This document shows, piece by piece, positions 39,068 to 49,147 of a stretch of DNA of 64,000 nt. Numbering within the stretch: position 1 is the stretch's first letter; every line of letters starts with the position of its first letter. A program made the translations under genes and the position numbers. A model generated the notes under the pieces. It saw only the letters and a program-made list of their open reading frames with translations, did no database searches and was not told the origin of the DNA. Source of the stretch: Candidatus Bathyarchaeia archaeon (GTDB taxonomy: Archaea > Thermoproteota > Bathyarchaeia > Hecatellales > Hecatellaceae); NCBI GenBank assembly GCA_038883335.1, contig JAVZMI010000002.1, forward strand, positions 9,242 to 73,241, read 5' to 3'.

Positions 39068-40204
39068 ATGAAAATCGGAGTTATACACCGGAATGTGGCT
39101 ACCACTAAAGGCCTTGTCGGTGGAGGTGATGTATTTCTCGTCTACCTTTTGAGGGCTCTCAAGGAGAAAGGCCACACCGTAACTCTGTTGACCACCAAGC
39201 CGACCAGATGGGATGTAATCGAGAGGGATCTCGGATGGGTCTTTAAGCCTGATGTGGAGGGTCGGAGTTCTCTGCTACCCAGCCTTGAGGTGGCTGGCTT
39301 ATACAGGCAGTTCCTCCCTCCTCTACCAGTGCTGTGGTTGAAGCATAAATGCGACGTAACTTTTGACTCTTATGGACGCAACCTCTTCTGGAACACTGAC
39401 ATAATTTACATACATACCCCTCCAACCAGAGAGGAACTCTCCACCAAGTATAACAGGAACAACCTCACCAAAACATACTATAACATTTACCGAGCTATCG
39501 CGGGGCGGTTGAAGCGGGGACTCAAAACTCGGATTCTCACGAACAGCGAATACTCGAAGGAAATAATCTCAGCTACCACTGGGTTGGAAGCCAGAGTAGT
39601 CTACCCCCCTGTAGATGTCAAGCTCTATAGGGCGCTGATCAATTGCGACGGTCTTAGGAAGAACTGGGTTGCCACAGTCTCCCGTTTCACGGCGGAGAAG
39701 AGACTTGAACTTATCCCCGAGATAGCTGAACGTGTAAGGGACGCGGTTTTTCACATAGTAGGCACCACCCCCTCTAAGCAGACATCCAGCACCGTCATCG
39801 AGTCTATAAAGAAAAGAAGCCAAGAGTTGGGAGTGACTGGCAGGGTTAAACTCCACATCAACACATCTTTCGACGAGAAGATGGCTGTGTTGGCAGCTTC
39901 AAAGGTCTATCTTCACACAACAAGAGACGAACATTTTGGAATGGCGATCGCCGAGGCGATGAGCGGAGGACTCGCCCCCATAGTGCCAGACGAAGGAGGG
40001 CAGAAGGAGATCGTGCCCTGCAAGGACTTCACATACAGAAACCTGGAGGAGGCGGCTCAGAAGGTTGAATACTGGTTGAATAATTGGAGTAGAGAGTCCG
40101 CGCTCTACTTCGCCAAATCAGCAGAGAGGTTCAGCTTTGAGAGGTTCAGAGAGGAGATCGACAGCATCATCCGCGAGGTTGCAACCTCAAAACTCAGAGG
40201 TTGA
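39068..40204 (+). CDS. glycosyltransferase family 4 (GT-B)
   Basis: 378 aa. C-terminal EHFGMAIAEAMSGGLAPIV. Confidence 0.7.
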   Translation: MKIGVIHRNVATTKGLVGGGDVFLVYLLRALKEKGHTVTLLTTKPTRWDVIERDLGWVFKPDVEGRSSLLPSLEVAGLYRQFLPPLPVLWLKHKCDVTFDSYGRNLFWNTDIIYIHTPPTREELSTKYNRNNLTKTYYNIYRAIAGRLKRGLKTRILTNSEYSKEIISATTGLEARVVYPPVDVKLYRALINCDGLRKNWVATVSRFTAEKRLELIPEIAERVRDAVFHIVGTTPSKQTSSTVIESIKKRSQELGVTGRVKLHINTSFDEKMAVLAASKVYLHTTRDEHFGMAIAEAMSGGLAPIVPDEGGQKEIVPCKDFTYRNLEEAAQKVEYWLNNWSRESALYFAKSAERFSFERFREEIDSIIREVATSKLRG

Positions 40205-41156
40205 ACACCCAGTATTTGAAGAAACCGTAGAGTAAACCCACCAGATATACTGTGGAGAGTAGCAACCCTACCATGGCGAGGTGGATTTTCCAAGGTCTCT
40301 TTAGTTTTGCCGCTTGCCGCACAAGCAGAATGGGGAGAGGTATAAACGCCCAAATCGCCGCGGAGATTAAACCATAGACGAGGAGAAACCAAGCCGCAAT
40401 CGTCACTAATCCTGAAAGTGTAGCTCTAATGATGCTGCCCCCTATAACCTTCTGGTGGAGTTTAAGGTTGAGAGCCCTAGCCATACCTCGATATATTAGT
40501 CGACGGACCTCCTCTTGGAGGGATGGAGTTCTAATATGCCTAGCGACAGGCTCGTCCAGATCTACAACGGCCTTGTAACCCCGCTCAGTAACCTGATGAT
40601 GCAGGGAAACATCCTCCCCCGCCCTCCTGAGCCGCCCATCCATACGTATAGCCCTAGCAAGTTCAGGCCGCATAATCAAGCAGACAGTTGCACCGCCACT
40701 AGCTACCTTCACACCCCTCTCATCAGCTGATTTGAGCTCCTTGTAGTACCCAGCTACTGAACCAAGCCCGCCGCCTTCGAGGCGTGCCGTAAGCTCAGCA
40801 GTCCCCACCGAAGGATCATCGAATAAGGGGATAAGCCTTTGGAAGAAGTTCTTCGGGACAACTATGTCGGAGTCTACCCAACAGTAGAAGTCAGCGCCAG
40901 TTGGGGCATGATCCAAGGCGAAGTTTCTGCATACCGCGAGATTCCTCTCTGGACAGTGGAGTATAATCGCTCTGTCCCCAAATGTGGCTCTCACCGCCTC
41001 CACGGTACCGTCGGTTGAGCCGCCGTCTACGACTAGGAGATGGTGATCATATCCTTCAGCAGCCTCCTTGAGGGCTGTTAGAACACCTTTATTGAGCCAC
41101 CTCTCGCTGTTGAGCGTGAGCATCATGGTTACAATCTTCACCAGGAGAGACGACAC
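40194..41156 (-). CDS. glycosyltransferase family 2 with C-terminal transmembrane segments
   Basis: 320 aa. LLVVDGGSTDGT ... VDSDIVV, then 3-4 predicted TM helices. Confidence 0.65.
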   Translation of the reverse strand: MSSLLVKIVTMMLTLNSERWLNKGVLTALKEAAEGYDHHLLVVDGGSTDGTVEAVRATFGDRAIILHCPERNLAVCRNFALDHAPTGADFYCWVDSDIVVPKNFFQRLIPLFDDPSVGTAELTARLEGGGLGSVAGYYKELKSADERGVKVASGGATVCLIMRPELARAIRMDGRLRRAGEDVSLHHQVTERGYKAVVDLDEPVARHIRTPSLQEEVRRLIYRGMARALNLKLHQKVIGGSIIRATLSGLVTIAAWFLLVYGLISAAIWAFIPLPILLVRQAAKLKRPWKIHLAMVGLLLSTVYLVGLLYGFFKYWVFNL

Positions 41157-41653
41157 ATCTCCCTCGCTATGTTCTCGCTCTGATAACTCGTCTAAAGATT
41201 AATCACTTACTCCTTAAAAGTGGCGCCGAAGATCCACATAGACCTATCATTCAACCAGTTAACTTGCAGACTACCGACCCGCTACGTATGATATGTTGAA
41301 ATAGGATGCTTAAGGTAATATTAATACAAGGGCCTGTAAAAAAATAAAACTAAGATGACTGGGGATAGCTTAGGGCGAAGATGCCTAGATTAGGTCTCTA
41401 CACGGCGGCTCAAGATTATGTTCGATGCCTCGCCGATGATGTAACCTGACAAATATGAGAAACATGATATATCAGAGTTAAGCTGAGGCGAACTATGCGG
41501 CATCTTTAATTGGGGCTGGAAGCTAGTTAACCCAGGCTAACACAAAAACTATACTCTACCCGCTAATATTTTTATAACCACGGCATAGTTCGAGGTGCAC
41601 GCCAACTGGGTTCAAAATTTCACTACGGCTGGGTAATAGTCGCCTCAGGGCTG

Positions 41654-42847
41654 ATGGTAGTCACAGGCGCACTGGGCTTCGCCAGATTTGGATACGCCAT
41701 GATACTGCCCGCCATGCAAGACGACCTAGGACTGACCAACTCCCAAATGGGGCTGCTCGCCTCAGGAAACCTCATCGGCTACATGGCCTTTACCCTCATA
41801 GCGGGTGTGCTAGCAACCAAGTACGGCCAGAGGATAACAGTTGGGCTATCCATGGCGGCAACCGCAACGGCTCTAACGCTGACTGGAGCCGTGCGGTCCT
41901 TCGGGGCAGCTCTAGCTATGCGAACGTTAACGGGGATCGGTAGCGGGGGAGCAAATGTCCCAACTATGTCCCTCTGCACGGCGTGGTTTGCACCTGAAAG
42001 GAGAGGTACAGCAGCTGGCATTATGGCAGCCGGCAGCGGGATAGGGCTCATATCCACAGGGCTGCTGGTGCCGCAGCTCCGCCTACTCTACGGTGACCTT
42101 GGATGGCGCTACGCTTGGTATCTCCTCGGGCTGCTCACCTTCAGTATAGCTGCCGCCGCATACGTTACGCTAAGAAACCGCCCTGCGAAGAAAGGAGCCA
42201 CCACAGTTGGCGGAGAGCTGCACAAGCATCTAGAGGACTATGACCCGCCAGAGCCAGTGAGGTGGGCGGCAGTCTATAAGAGCCCAGCCCTACTTCAATT
42301 GGGTCTAACCTACTTCATGTACGGTTTCAGCTACATAATATACGCCACATTCTTCGCGGCTTACCTAGAGAAGGAGGCAGGGTTGACGCCTTTAGCGGCG
42401 GGGGAGTTGTGGCTTCTAGCCGGCGTGTTAAGCATCTTCAGTGGCTTCATATGGGGTACCTTCTCGGACAGAGTAGGTAGGCGGTACGGTCTAGCGACGA
42501 CCTACCTACTCCTCGCAACCTCATTCCTCCTCCTAGCAACCGTCAAGAGCCTAGAGGGATTTTGCTCCTCAGCCATAATCTTCGGTTTGACAGCGTGGGC
42601 AGTACCAACCATAATGGCCGCGGCCTCAGGGGACTGCGTCGGCCCAAGGATGGCCCCAGCCGCGTTAGCATTCATAACTACTGTCTTCTTCGGAGCTGGG
42701 CAGTCCATGGCGCCTTACGTCGCAGGTTACATGAAAGACGCAACCGGCACCTTCGCTCCCGCCTTCCTGCTGGCAGCAGCTGCCGCAACAGTGGGCGCGA
42801 TATTAGCCCTCCTACCGAGAAAACCATGCAAGCCAAGCGAGCAATAA
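41654..42847 (+). CDS. MFS transporter
   Basis: 397 aa, 12 predicted TM helices, MFS loop motifs. Confidence 0.75.
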   Translation: MVVTGALGFARFGYAMILPAMQDDLGLTNSQMGLLASGNLIGYMAFTLIAGVLATKYGQRITVGLSMAATATALTLTGAVRSFGAALAMRTLTGIGSGGANVPTMSLCTAWFAPERRGTAAGIMAAGSGIGLISTGLLVPQLRLLYGDLGWRYAWYLLGLLTFSIAAAAYVTLRNRPAKKGATTVGGELHKHLEDYDPPEPVRWAAVYKSPALLQLGLTYFMYGFSYIIYATFFAAYLEKEAGLTPLAAGELWLLAGVLSIFSGFIWGTFSDRVGRRYGLATTYLLLATSFLLLATVKSLEGFCSSAIIFGLTAWAVPTIMAAASGDCVGPRMAPAALAFITTVFFGAGQSMAPYVAGYMKDATGTFAPAFLLAAAAATVGAILALLPRKPCKPSEQ

Positions 42848-42995
42848 AGCCTTACTAAGGGAGACTAGGCTCCACATACCTACTTTCTGAGTTCAATGAC
42901 TCTGCCAAGAGACTTTCAATGTTTCACTTATAAACGGAGTATACGCCTAAGAAGGGACTTTTAGAAGCCATATGGTATAGCATCCGCTAGTTATA

Positions 42996-43775
42996 ATGTG
43001 TTGGGGGATATTATTGAGTACGGTGCAATATGACCCGTTAAGGCTGGCACGGGAAACTGAGAGTATTGTGACCAGAGGCGCTCTCAGAAAGTATTATCGG
43101 GTTGCCAGGCCGGGGCGATGGTATGGCGGCATCGCAACCGCTGACTGTTGTGGGTGTTGTTTGAGGTGTGTGTTTTGTTGGAGCGGCACCCCGAGGGATT
43201 ATCCAGATAGAGTTGGGGCATTCTACACTCCTGAACATATATTCAAACAGCTTACTAGGTGTGCTGAGAAGTTTGGTTACGGAAAAATGAGGGTGAGTGG
43301 AAACGAACCCACAATAGGTAGAAGACATCTCTTAGAGTTACTTGAGCTAATTGACCGTACTCACTATGAGTTCATCTTGGAATCGAATGGGATACTAATA
43401 GACTTTGAATTCGCCAGACAGCTTTCCAAGTTCAAGCATCTTCATGTGAGAATTTCGATCAAAGGAACAACTCGAGAGGAATTTTCATTACTCACAGGGG
43501 CTGCGCCTGAAGCGTTCGACCTGCAGTTAAATGCATTAAAGAATTTGCTAGATGCAAGCGTCCAATGCCACCCTGCTGTTATGCTCTCATTCAGCTCTGA
43601 AGACAATTTTGAGGCGTTGAAAGAGAAGATACGCGCAATAGACGCTAAGCTGGTAGGCGAAGTTGAGGAAGAATATGTTTTCCTCTATCCTCACGTCGCC
43701 GAGAGGTTGAGAAAATCTGGAATTAAACCGCGCATTGCTTACAGCCCCGAACGCATTCCTGAGGAGCTAATATAG
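42996..43775 (+). CDS. radical SAM protein, activating-enzyme-like (PflA/NrdG/QueE-like size and motifs)
   Basis: 259 aa. CCLRCVFC (CxxxCxxC) preceded by RPGRWYGGIATADC. SGNEPT glycine-rich SAM motif. Confidence 0.65.
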   Translation: MCWGILLSTVQYDPLRLARETESIVTRGALRKYYRVARPGRWYGGIATADCCGCCLRCVFCWSGTPRDYPDRVGAFYTPEHIFKQLTRCAEKFGYGKMRVSGNEPTIGRRHLLELLELIDRTHYEFILESNGILIDFEFARQLSKFKHLHVRISIKGTTREEFSLLTGAAPEAFDLQLNALKNLLDASVQCHPAVMLSFSSEDNFEALKEKIRAIDAKLVGEVEEEYVFLYPHVAERLRKSGIKPRIAYSPERIPEELI

Positions 43776-43861
43776 TTTGGTGAATCCATCTGAACTAGAT
43801 GAACTCTTCTGTAAAAATTGACCCGACACAATAACTTTGTTCCCGGAGGCTCCGCAAAGGT

Positions 43862-44140
43862 TCAGACTGCATAGACTTGCGCCCGCTCTCCTACCTCTTC
43901 CCCCTCTTTAGCCTTTCTCTTCTTCTTGACTTTTAGCTGGTAGGAGGCGATCATTTCCTGTATTAGCATCTTGAGTTCCCAGCTGTCCTCTCTAGCCTTA
44001 TCCTCTAAGGCAGCATGCAGCTCCTCGTGGCTGGAGACCTTCAACCTTCTCATCAAGTCGTCTTCCAGCCTTCTGAGAAGATCTTTGTCCTCAGGTATTC
44101 TAAGACCTAAACCTTTGAGGAGCAGAATATAACATGGCAT
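43862..44140 (-). CDS. hypothetical charged helical protein
   Basis: 92 aa, K/E-rich with no recognisable motif. May not be translated. Confidence 0.25.
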   Translation of the reverse strand: MPCYILLLKGLGLRIPEDKDLLRRLEDDLMRRLKVSSHEELHAALEDKAREDSWELKMLIQEMIASYQLKVKKKRKAKEGEEVGERAQVYAV

Positions 44141-44222
44141 AAGCTATCTGTCATAGATATTATGGAAACCAAGTTATTTAAGGTTAAGTCTTTGTTTCCT
44201 CATCTTCAGTGAGGACGCTGCG

Positions 44223-44636
44223 TTGAAGAGGGGAGTGGCTGAGGAGAGGGAGCTGGTTCATAGGTTGGACACTCTGGGCTTCGCAGTCCTTCGAGCCCCA
44301 GCTTCTGGATCCCGAACTAAGCTTGACAGGCCTGACCTGGTGGCTGGGGGGTACGGGGTACACCTTGCATTAGAGGTAAAGACTTCCAGTAGACCAACAC
44401 TCTACATAAGTAAGATCACTATAGACCAGTTGTCGAGGTTCGCCCAGAGGTTCGGGGCCACCCCATACCTAGCGGTGAAGTTCAAACATCAACATAAGGG
44501 TTGGGTGCTTATAGACCCAAAGAAACTTGCAAGGACGAAGACTGGATACAAGCTGACACTAAAAGAGGCGTTAAAAGTTGGATTGCGACTTGAGGCTGTG
44601 GCTAGCGGCAAACTCACCGATTATATTCCAACCTGA
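44223..44636 (+). CDS. hjc: Holliday junction resolvase Hjc
   Basis: 137 aa. ERELVHRLDTLGFAVLRAPASGS ... PDLVAGG ... LALEVKTS ... PYLAVKF follows the Hjc catalytic E ... PD ... ExK layout. Confidence 0.75.
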   Translation: MKRGVAEERELVHRLDTLGFAVLRAPASGSRTKLDRPDLVAGGYGVHLALEVKTSSRPTLYISKITIDQLSRFAQRFGATPYLAVKFKHQHKGWVLIDPKKLARTKTGYKLTLKEALKVGLRLEAVASGKLTDYIPT

Positions 44637-44639
44637 GAT

Positions 44640-45689
44640 CTATCTCCTCGTTCCAAGAGAAGCCATCCGCATATGCTCCATTTGCCTGTAGACAAATAGT
44701 ATAATCACCGTCAAACCTGATATCACCCCCACCACCGCAATATATACGGTGCCCTCAGGTTTGATTCCTTCAAGTATATAACCCACGGTGAGAAGGAGCC
44801 CTGTGGTAAGGTGGGTTATTATTGTGGAAGCATTAGCCGGGGCGAGGTTAGAGGGCTCTGAATGGTATACTTTTGCATGCTGCACAGCCCTGACGGCGAA
44901 GGGCAATGTAAGGATGCCCAGTAGAGTGTAGGGGGAGATCACCTTGCAACCAACCCCTGCGAAGATGGAGAAATAAGTCGAGGTCATTAAAACTCCATAG
45001 CCCACAGCAGCTCTCCGCCTGCCTAAGCGTACCACGAGATGACGCTTGCCGACGGTCTTGTCCGCTGTGTAGTCTGGAAATTCATTTATGTAGAGTACCG
45101 CGGTGATCAACATGGAGACTGGAATGGCTGCGAAGACGGGCTCCCAAGTTAGGGCCTGAGTTTGAACATAGAAAGCTCCTGCAGTCATCATGACTCCGAA
45201 GTTTAAGCCCACGAAGAGCTCTCCTATACCTCTGCTGGCGAGGTTGAATGGAGGGGCAGTATAGAAGAACCCTGAGAACACTCCAATTAGACCAAATATC
45301 AAGATCACAAACCCCCTTGCCAATGCGAGATATAACCCTATAGCGCCACCTGCCGCGAAGAATAGCAGCGCCCCACTAAGCACAGCCCTCGGCGTTAGCA
45401 TGCCAAGCTGAATCATCCTGCTTCCACCACTGAAGGGTCTGACGAATTCCACGTTAACGTCATCATCCCGTGATTTATGGTCGAAGTAGTCGTTAGCAAC
45501 ATTTGTCCCGATATGAAGGCATACCCCCCCAAGCAAGGTTAATATAAACAATGGAAACAGGAAAGTGTTAGTTGTAGCCCAAGCTACAGCCGTACCTAGT
45601 AGGACTGGTATGACGCTGGCAGTTAAGAAAGGAAGCCTCATCTCCACCAGCCAAGCTTGAAGACCTCCCAACCCTACGCACCTTGACAC
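44640..45689 (-). CDS. UbiA-family prenyltransferase (MenA-like)
   Basis: 349 aa, 8-9 TM. NDYFDHKSRDDD aspartate-rich motif. Confidence 0.7.
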   Translation of the reverse strand: MSRCVGLGGLQAWLVEMRLPFLTASVIPVLLGTAVAWATTNTFLFPLFILTLLGGVCLHIGTNVANDYFDHKSRDDDVNVEFVRPFSGGSRMIQLGMLTPRAVLSGALLFFAAGGAIGLYLALARGFVILIFGLIGVFSGFFYTAPPFNLASRGIGELFVGLNFGVMMTAGAFYVQTQALTWEPVFAAIPVSMLITAVLYINEFPDYTADKTVGKRHLVVRLGRRRAAVGYGVLMTSTYFSIFAGVGCKVISPYTLLGILTLPFAVRAVQHAKVYHSEPSNLAPANASTIITHLTTGLLLTVGYILEGIKPEGTVYIAVVGVISGLTVIILFVYRQMEHMRMASLGTRR

Positions 45690-45815
45690 TATACTACCTC
45701 GCCTCCATGAGGCGCTATCTTAAGGCGTCGATAGCGTGGCACCTCAGAAGTTAAAGTAGAATTTCTCAGGTATAAATTCATTAACCCGGTATCGGAGAGG
45801 TCTTAGGGAGCTTAG

Positions 45816-46889
45816 ATGGTGGAAATAGACGGTAGCATGCTTGAAGGGGGCGGCCAGATTCTCAGAACTGCAGTATGTCTCTCGGCACTCACCAACAGAC
45901 CTCTAAGAATATATAATATCCGCGCCAAACGCCCAAAACCAGGCCTCAGGCCTCAGCACCTCTCCGCTGTATCTGCAGTTGCCGAATTAAGCGGGGCAGA
46001 GCTTGAGGGTTTAAATGTAGGCTCCATGGAGGTCAAGTTCACGCCGAGAGCCCTACGGTCGGGGGCTTTCCGGTTCGATATAGGAACCGCCGGCAGCTCA
46101 ACCCTCCTCTTACAGTCAGCACTCCCAGTAGCAGCCTACGCGCCAGGGGTAACCCTCCTCGAGATACACGGAGGTACGAACAACCCACTCTCGCCCCCTA
46201 TCGACTACCTCAAAATGGTGCTCCTACCCACATTGGAGAAGACAGGTTTCAAGGGTCGGATCGAGCTATTGAGGAGGGGCTTCTATCCGAGAGGTGGCGG
46301 AGGCTTAATCGCCGAAGTTCAGCCTGTTAAAAGGCTGAAGCCAATTCGCTTGTCAAATTTTGGTGAAGTGCTCAAGATTAGAGGTCTGTCCTATAGTTCT
46401 CTTCTACCGAGGCACATCATCGAACGAATGGCGAAGAGCGCGGAGGACCGCCTGAAGAAGTGGGGTTTTAGGGATGTGGAGATCGACTTGGAGGCGCTTG
46501 AGAGTGGAGATGCAAAGTGTGCAATCGACCCCGGTTGTGGCATAGTTCTGGTGGCTGAGCTTGATGACGGAGCGCTCTTGGGCGTAGACCGCCTTGGCGA
46601 AGTCGGTAAACGAGCAGAGGTAGTAGGTTCAGAAGCTGCCGAGGATCTCATAAAACAGCTGGAAAGACGAGCCCCAGTTGACAGGCATCTTGGCGACCAG
46701 CTTATCATGTGGGCAGCCCTCGCAGAAGACACGTCGGTCATGAAGGTAAGCGAACTCACCCTTCATACAGTTACTTGCATTAGGGTCTGTGAAAGCTTCC
46801 TCGAAGCCAAGTTCGAAGTTGAAGGGAAAGTTGGTGAGCTTGCAACTATCAGGTGTAAGGGAGCTGCTTTTGAGAACAAACTTATCTAA
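45816..46889 (+). CDS. rtcA: RNA 3'-terminal phosphate cyclase
   Basis: 357 aa. IDGSMLEGGGQILRTAVCLSALT ... PGLRPQHL. Confidence 0.85.
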   Translation: MVEIDGSMLEGGGQILRTAVCLSALTNRPLRIYNIRAKRPKPGLRPQHLSAVSAVAELSGAELEGLNVGSMEVKFTPRALRSGAFRFDIGTAGSSTLLLQSALPVAAYAPGVTLLEIHGGTNNPLSPPIDYLKMVLLPTLEKTGFKGRIELLRRGFYPRGGGGLIAEVQPVKRLKPIRLSNFGEVLKIRGLSYSSLLPRHIIERMAKSAEDRLKKWGFRDVEIDLEALESGDAKCAIDPGCGIVLVAELDDGALLGVDRLGEVGKRAEVVGSEAAEDLIKQLERRAPVDRHLGDQLIMWAALAEDTSVMKVSELTLHTVTCIRVCESFLEAKFEVEGKVGELATIRCKGAAFENKLI

Positions 46890-47511
46890 GCCGCTTGGAG
46901 GGTACATCACGGGCGAAATACCACCTCAACTTTTAATTTACTATTCTAGGGTTGGGGAAACGTGGTTTTGTGTAGCTGCGGATAGTGAAGACCAAATACT
47001 GGCCGCCAAATTCGCCCTTAAAGGATTAAAGCAAGCCTTAGAGCAGACGGGAAAATGCTTCGAAGGGTGGCAATTAAAAGTTGAGAGACAACCCAAAAAG
47101 GAGATCCAAACTGTGCTTTCGACACTAGCCCGCATTTGGCGGGGCGAAGGGTTAGACGCGCTGCCTAGGCTTTCTATGGAAACACTTCCTCCTTTTAACA
47201 GACGGGTTCTTGATGTCGTTTTAAAAATCCCCAAGGGTTTCGTGTCTACATATAGGGAAGTTGCGATGGCTGCGGGTAGTCCTCGGGCTGTGAGGGCTGT
47301 GGGTAACGCTCTGGCAGCTAACCCTTTCACACTTATCGTTCCATGCCACCGAGTAGTCAGGACTGATCTATCTGTCGGAGGCTACTGGTTGGGGGCGGGT
47401 GTTAAGGAGATGCTTCTTAGAAGGGAGGGTGTCGTATTCCGTCGGAACTCATCTGAGGGTTTGATGGTGGAGGAGGAGAGTGTTTATAAATTTTCTAGGT
47501 TGAGTTTGTGA
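46789..47511 (+). CDS. ogt: methylated-DNA--protein-cysteine methyltransferase
   Basis: PCHRVV active site and an upstream helix-turn-helix. Longest ORF uses a GTG that overlaps rtcA by 101 nt. The real start is uncertain: only in-frame TTG/GTG codons lie upstream of the rtcA stop. Confidence 0.75.
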   Translation: MKASSKPSSKLKGKLVSLQLSGVRELLLRTNLSKPLGGYITGEIPPQLLIYYSRVGETWFCVAADSEDQILAAKFALKGLKQALEQTGKCFEGWQLKVERQPKKEIQTVLSTLARIWRGEGLDALPRLSMETLPPFNRRVLDVVLKIPKGFVSTYREVAMAAGSPRAVRAVGNALAANPFTLIVPCHRVVRTDLSVGGYWLGAGVKEMLLRREGVVFRRNSSEGLMVEEESVYKFSRLSL

Positions 47512-47556
47512 AAAGTTTATATTTATCGCTAGAGATATCTCTAGTGATATGAGGTA

Positions 47557-48036
47557 ATGGAAATGGCAAAAACTCGAGCCCTAATACCAAGAGGCTTCTC
47601 CAGATTCTACATACTCCACCTACTTAGAGAGAAAGGACCAATGACTGGAAAGGAGATTATAGATGAGGCTGAAAGGAGGAGTGAAGGATTATGGAGGCCT
47701 TCTCCAGGGTTAGTCTACCCACTCTTGGGACGGCTACTCTCAGATGAGCTCATCGAGGAGACTGAAGGGGGGCGATACACTCTAACCGGGAAGGGTGCAG
47801 AGGTCCTCAAAGAGTTTGCCAGAGTTCAGGAGGAGATAGGTAAGCGCGTAGAGGTTGTCAGGAAACTAGGCTTCTCTGGCAAGATGTTAGCGGAAGACGC
47901 CCTCGACCGCCTCATGGCAATGGCCAGCGACCAGAGAAAATACATCTCTCAAATGTCCGCCGAAACAAAGAGCGCACTCCTCAAAAAGTATAAGGCCTTC
48001 CTAGAAAGCGAGTTGAAGAAACTGGAGGAGACCTAA
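47557..48036 (+). CDS. PadR-family transcriptional regulator
   Basis: 159 aa. YILHLLREKGPMTGKEI ... SPGLVYPLLGRL winged helix. Confidence 0.7.
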   Translation: MEMAKTRALIPRGFSRFYILHLLREKGPMTGKEIIDEAERRSEGLWRPSPGLVYPLLGRLLSDELIEETEGGRYTLTGKGAEVLKEFARVQEEIGKRVEVVRKLGFSGKMLAEDALDRLMAMASDQRKYISQMSAETKSALLKKYKAFLESELKKLEET

Positions 48037-48052
48037 CCTTTTTTTCTTAGCT

Positions 48053-48589
48053 TCATCCTTCAACGAATACGTCTACCTTATTAAAGGCCACTTGAGAGAA
48101 AAGCTTCTTAACCTGTTTAAAATGCTCTTTATCGGTTTCAAAGCGGAGATTGAGAACTCCTGAGCTGCCTAGCCTGCCAAAACGTGCAACCTCTTTCACT
48201 TCTGGATTGGTTAGACCAAGATCGTCTAGCAGCCTACGAACCTCAGCGACCTCGTCGGCTACATATGCAGGAAGCTCCTGAAGGAGTAATCTGGCTTCCA
48301 ACTCCTCTAGTTTCTTCTCCAGAGCGTTGGTCTCACGTTTGATAGGCCTAAGGGCCTCTTCGGTTTTCTTGTTAAGCTCACGGATCTTTGCGCGGAATTC
48401 CTTGGGAGGTATATTTGATGTATTTAACTCTTCTCTCTCTTTCTGCGAGTCTCGGAGGATGGCGGCTGACCGCTGCCTTGTGGCGTCCATCTCGTCGAGG
48501 ATGGCTTTACACTCCGCGCATCTTCGAATGGTGTCCTTAACTTCCCTAACTACGTCCGACTTCGCGTAGACCATCACGAAAAACTCCAC
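48053..48589 (-). CDS. hypothetical coiled-coil protein
   Basis: 178 aa, heptad-rich, no known motif. Last gene of a three-gene minus-strand unit. Confidence 0.35.
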   Translation of the reverse strand: MEFFVMVYAKSDVVREVKDTIRRCAECKAILDEMDATRQRSAAILRDSQKEREELNTSNIPPKEFRAKIRELNKKTEEALRPIKRETNALEKKLEELEARLLLQELPAYVADEVAEVRRLLDDLGLTNPEVKEVARFGRLGSSGVLNLRFETDKEHFKQVKKLFSQVAFNKVDVFVEG

Positions 48590-48616
48590 GAAACAACCCC
48601 CTCCGGGTCTGGCACA

Positions 48617-49078
48617 TTAGGCGAGCTTCTGCTTCCTCTTCAATATCACTTGAAGCACACCATTATGGTATGTAGTTTCAGCTTCTCCCACCTCTTCAGG
48701 AAGCTTTATTTGGCGGTAGAAGTTACCGCCCCCTCTTATCTCAAGTGTACGGTTGATTATATTTATGGAGATCTGTTCTTCCGGGCCCGGAACCTCCGCT
48801 ATGACTGCTATCTCTGCTCCTCTATCTACGAGGTCGTATGTCCACTCTGCTTTGCTGGGTGGGGCCTCCGGTAGCCACTCCTTCTTGGCAGTTTTTCTGA
48901 GCTCCCTCAACCAGTAGAAGAGGAGGAGAGCCGCTGCAACCGCTAGGATGACCCCCAACAGTCCCCTCTGGAAACGGACTATAAACGCTAACAATATGCC
49001 TATGACTAGTAGGCCTATGACTAGCACGGCGAGTGAAATTGTTTCTTCAATGGTTCCGAGAGGTTTTCTCTTCATCAT
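48617..49078 (-). CDS. Hsp20/alpha-crystallin family small heat-shock protein with two N-terminal transmembrane helices
   Basis: 153 aa. TM segments ISLAVLVIGLLVIGILLAFIV and LLGVILAVAAALLLFYWL. C-terminal alpha-crystallin domain AEVPGPEEQISINIINRTLEIRGG ... YHNGVLQVIL. Confidence 0.7.
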   Translation of the reverse strand: MMKRKPLGTIEETISLAVLVIGLLVIGILLAFIVRFQRGLLGVILAVAAALLLFYWLRELRKTAKKEWLPEAPPSKAEWTYDLVDRGAEIAVIAEVPGPEEQISINIINRTLEIRGGGNFYRQIKLPEEVGEAETTYHNGVLQVILKRKQKLA

Positions 49079-49147
49079 TTATGTAACCCTTAAACCTAGA
49101 CTCAAGGTAATATGATATGAAGAAGAAATATAATAATATCGCGGGCT

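Noticed and set aside
41157-41653. Possible tRNA in the 500-bp intergenic region (GGGTTCAAAATTTC resembles a T-loop)
   Set aside because: The motif lacks the conserved GTTCRAATCC continuation, and no acceptor or D-arm pairing could be built around it by eye. No tRNA is claimed anywhere in the window.
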